Assembly: GCA_963702005.1 (NCBI GenBank)
Contig: OY969696.1
Coordinates: forward strand, 1 to 64,000
DNA: 64,000 nt
Source: Candidatus Aminicenantes bacterium
GTDB taxonomy: Bacteria > Acidobacteriota > Aminicenantia > Aminicenantales > JAFGBC01
Direction of reading: 5' to 3'
The notes under the pieces are model-generated. The model was not told the DNA's origin and searched no databases. It was given only the letters and a program-made list of their open reading frames with translations. Below, in pieces: positions 61,292 through 64,000 of this stretch. The position numbers were made by a program, and so were the translations under genes. Numbering within the stretch: position 1 is the first letter of the stretch; the number at the start of each line of letters is the position of its first letter.

Positions 61292-64000
61292 TTAGAACGT
61301 GAACCGGACGCCGACCCGAAGGACTCTCGGGTTGAGAATTTCGTTCAGGGAGTAGTTGTAGGGATAGGGGACGAAATAGTTCTGGCTGGAGTCGGGGTAG
61401 ATGTAGTACGTTCCGTAGAACTTCTGGTAGCGGCGGTTCACGATGGCGCTGTTGAGGAGGTTGAAGAGGTCGCCCATGATGTAGATCCGGCCGGTCTCGC
61501 CGAGCCTGATCATCTTCTCGATGCGGAGCGTGAAGTTGTAGAAGGTGGGCAGCCGATTGCTGCCGAACGGGTTCATCATCAGGCTCGCGCTGCGGCTTCT
61601 CGGGTTGGGCAGGCGGTAGTCGACCAGGGCGAAGTACTCGGTGATGACCCAGCCTTCTCTGGCCTGGAAGGTCATGGCGACGTCGACGTCGTAGGGGAGC
61701 TGGATGAGGCCGCCGATCTTGGCCATCCAGCGGGCGTAGGTGTACTGATTGATCTTGCCCGAGGCGCCGCCGATGTAGGCCGACTGGGGATAGCCGTCAT
61801 AGGCCCAAACGTTGGTCGGGTCAAGATAGCCGTTGCTGCCGAAGTGCTGGGCCTGCCTCTGCCAGGTGAAGTTGGCGTTAAGCATCCACTTGTTGGAGAG
61901 CCGCTTGTTGAGCAGGAGGTCGACGCCCCAATAATCCGTGTTGAAGTCGGGCCGCGACTGGATTTGGGTATAGGGCGAATAGGCGGAGCCCGCGACGGAC
62001 ATGTAATACCACTCGTGGTTCTTGGCGTCTTTCGTGTCGCCTATGCCGGGGATATCGTCGGGCGGCTTGCCGGCCGGGACGTACCAGTTCTTGTTCTGGA
62101 TTTCGCTGATGGTTGTCGCGTCGCCGAAGTACTTGAGGGTCCAGGAGTTCTTGTCGTACTTCCGGTAGGTTCCGACCAGGGACACGCTGAAGTCGGCCAG
62201 GATTTCGCGCTCCAGGGTCAGCATGACTTCGGAGGTCCGGGTCGAGCCGGAGCCCTTGGCCGTGCTCTGGTAGGGAGCGGTCAGCTTGGTGGGATTCTGA
62301 TAATCGTAGCCCCCCCAGTGCCAGCCGGCTTCTCGGTTCCAGTTGCCGGTGAAGTTCCCGGCGTCATCGTAGATCCGGTAGGGAGCCATCGTATCGACGT
62401 TGGTCCAGTACAGCTCCGTGAAATTCATCTTGCCGTCGTTGTTGGTGTCCCACCAGTAGGTGAAGAACCAGCCGTCGGCGCCGCCCGGCCGCCATCTGTC
62501 GGCCAGGCCGACGCCCATGAAGTCGCCGTACTGGGACAGGGACAGCTTGGCGATGGTCTTGCCGTCGCCGCTCACGTCCCAGGTCAGACCGAGGCGGGGC
62601 GACCAGACGGTCCAGTTGTAGGCGCTGCCGTCGAAGTACTTGGCTTCGGTCTTGGGAATGTCGATCCCGGGCATGGCCTGGTCGAGCTTGTCCATGGTCG
62701 CCGTGTCGGCCAGCTGCTGCCAGGCGCCGCCCTTATCGACCGCGTAGACCTTGAACGGATTGATCATGGGCTTCTGCATATCCCAGCGCAGGCCGAGCAG
62801 CAGGTTGAAGCGGCCGAAGCTGACCGTATCGCTCAAGTAGCCGGCCAAGGCGCCGACGTGGAGGTCGGAATAGTAGCCCCGGTAGAAGGTCACGTCATAG
62901 AAGTTGCTCATGGACGGGACGTCGGGAAGGCCGTCGCCGTCGAAATCGACCGTCGGGTAGTTGATGTTTCGGGTCAGGATGACGTTCCCGGACCAGACGG
63001 ACTCGGTGTAGGCGTTCCGGTCGGCGTACTCGAATCCGGCCTTAATGTCGTGGCTGGCCCCGAACAGGTTATCGTTGAAATAGTTGACCAGGGCGTTGTA
63101 CTGGTAGGCGGGCCGCTCGACGTAGTAACGCTGGGCCTGGGAGCCGTAGTAGCGCTGGGCGGTGGCGTCCCAGATCACGAGCTGGTCGAAGGCGAGGTCC
63201 GTCATCGGGGTCAGCGAGAACCCGGCGTCGGAGTAGGCGTACTTCAGGGAGACGAAGAAGTTGTCCCCGAACATGTGCTCGTCCTGGAGCTTGACGATGG
63301 GCGAGCCGAAGTGGAATCGGCCCTGTTGGTAGAGGCCTTCGGGGTTTTCGGCCGAGGTCGATCGGCCGAATTTCTTCTTGCCGCCGACGTGGATGAAGGC
63401 CTCGAACCGGTTCTCGGGAATGATCTGGAGGTTCAGCTTGGCGGCGTAGTTCTCGAGCAAGGTGTCGTCCTTGGTCGTATAGACGGTCGTGGTCTTGATG
63501 TCCTGAATCCCGTAGGAGCCCCAGAACCAGGCCTTGTCCTTGAGGAGCGGCAGGCCGATATTAAAGCCGTAATCCTTGTTGTTGTTGATCTTGTTGATGC
63601 CCAGGGCGCCTTCCTGCTTGAACTCGTCCTTGAAGTTGTCGGCCTGGAACTTGGAATCGACCATGTAGAAGCGGCCGCCGAAGGTGACCTTGTTGCCGCC
63701 GCGGCGTGTCACCATGTTGAGGGCGACGCCGCCCGTCTGGACGGTGACATCCGCGCCGCCGACCACGATATTCATCTCCTCGAAGGCGTCGAAGTCGTAG
63801 TAGCTGGGGGAGGCGCCGATGGCGGCCGGGTCGGTGATGACGATGCCGTCCATGGCCCAGACGTTGTTGTCGTAGGTGCTCGCGCCGCGGGCGACGTAGT
63901 TGGACTGCTGCCCGGACTCGGCGCCGCCGACGTTTTCACGGTCGACGATGACCGAGGGCGCCATCTGAAGGATGACCCAGGGGTCGCGGGCGGTCGGCAG
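61292..64000 (-). CDS. TonB-dependent receptor (Oar/Acidobacteria type), 5'-partial
   Basis: LPTARDPWVILQ plug, WSPRLG, C-terminal RVGVRFTF. Frame is open to the window end. Confidence 0.9.
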   Translation of the reverse strand: MPTARDPWVILQMAPSVIVDRENVGGAESGQQSNYVARGASTYDNNVWAMDGIVITDPAAIGASPSYYDFDAFEEMNIVVGGADVTVQTGGVALNMVTRRGGNKVTFGGRFYMVDSKFQADNFKDEFKQEGALGINKINNNKDYGFNIGLPLLKDKAWFWGSYGIQDIKTTTVYTTKDDTLLENYAAKLNLQIIPENRFEAFIHVGGKKKFGRSTSAENPEGLYQQGRFHFGSPIVKLQDEHMFGDNFFVSLKYAYSDAGFSLTPMTDLAFDQLVIWDATAQRYYGSQAQRYYVERPAYQYNALVNYFNDNLFGASHDIKAGFEYADRNAYTESVWSGNVILTRNINYPTVDFDGDGLPDVPSMSNFYDVTFYRGYYSDLHVGALAGYLSDTVSFGRFNLLLGLRWDMQKPMINPFKVYAVDKGGAWQQLADTATMDKLDQAMPGIDIPKTEAKYFDGSAYNWTVWSPRLGLTWDVSGDGKTIAKLSLSQYGDFMGVGLADRWRPGGADGWFFTYWWDTNNDGKMNFTELYWTNVDTMAPYRIYDDAGNFTGNWNREAGWHWGGYDYQNPTKLTAPYQSTAKGSGSTRTSEVMLTLEREILADFSVSLVGTYRKYDKNSWTLKYFGDATTISEIQNKNWYVPAGKPPDDIPGIGDTKDAKNHEWYYMSVAGSAYSPYTQIQSRPDFNTDYWGVDLLLNKRLSNKWMLNANFTWQRQAQHFGSNGYLDPTNVWAYDGYPQSAYIGGASGKINQYTYARWMAKIGGLIQLPYDVDVAMTFQAREGWVITEYFALVDYRLPNPRSRSASLMMNPFGSNRLPTFYNFTLRIEKMIRLGETGRIYIMGDLFNLLNSAIVNRRYQKFYGTYYIYPDSSQNYFVPYPYNYSLNEILNPRVLRVGVRFTF

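Overview
GC-rich bacterial chromosome segment. The gene content (GWxTD proteins, Acidobacteria-type TonB-dependent receptor, SBBP and BNR propellers) suggests Acidobacteriota, possibly Aminicenantia; this is inference only. Positions ~2.4-13.1 kb form a mosaic island. It holds four 3' fragments of a tRNA-Arg(CCG) and three copies of an IS91/ISCR-like oriIS end, each with an outward-facing sigma70 promoter in front of a different passenger gene. It also holds truncated gene pieces (purN, a C45 hydrolase, a membrane protein), an IS630 inserted into an orphan gene, and a decayed serine-recombinase start. Next come a secreted glycosidase cluster (GH51, an unclassified clan GH-D-like protein, DUF2961/GH172), an M14 peptidase, and a glycosyltransferase operon whose priming transferase is split at a G7 tract. 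The rest is mostly housekeeping (cutA, ppdK, pyrK/D/F, tRNA-Gly/Cys, ddl-ruvX-mltG), with tandem BNR paralogues, several REP/REPIN-like palindrome families, and a TBDR-TPR-GWxTD-GWxTD cluster at the right end. All calls are by eye from motifs; no searches were run.
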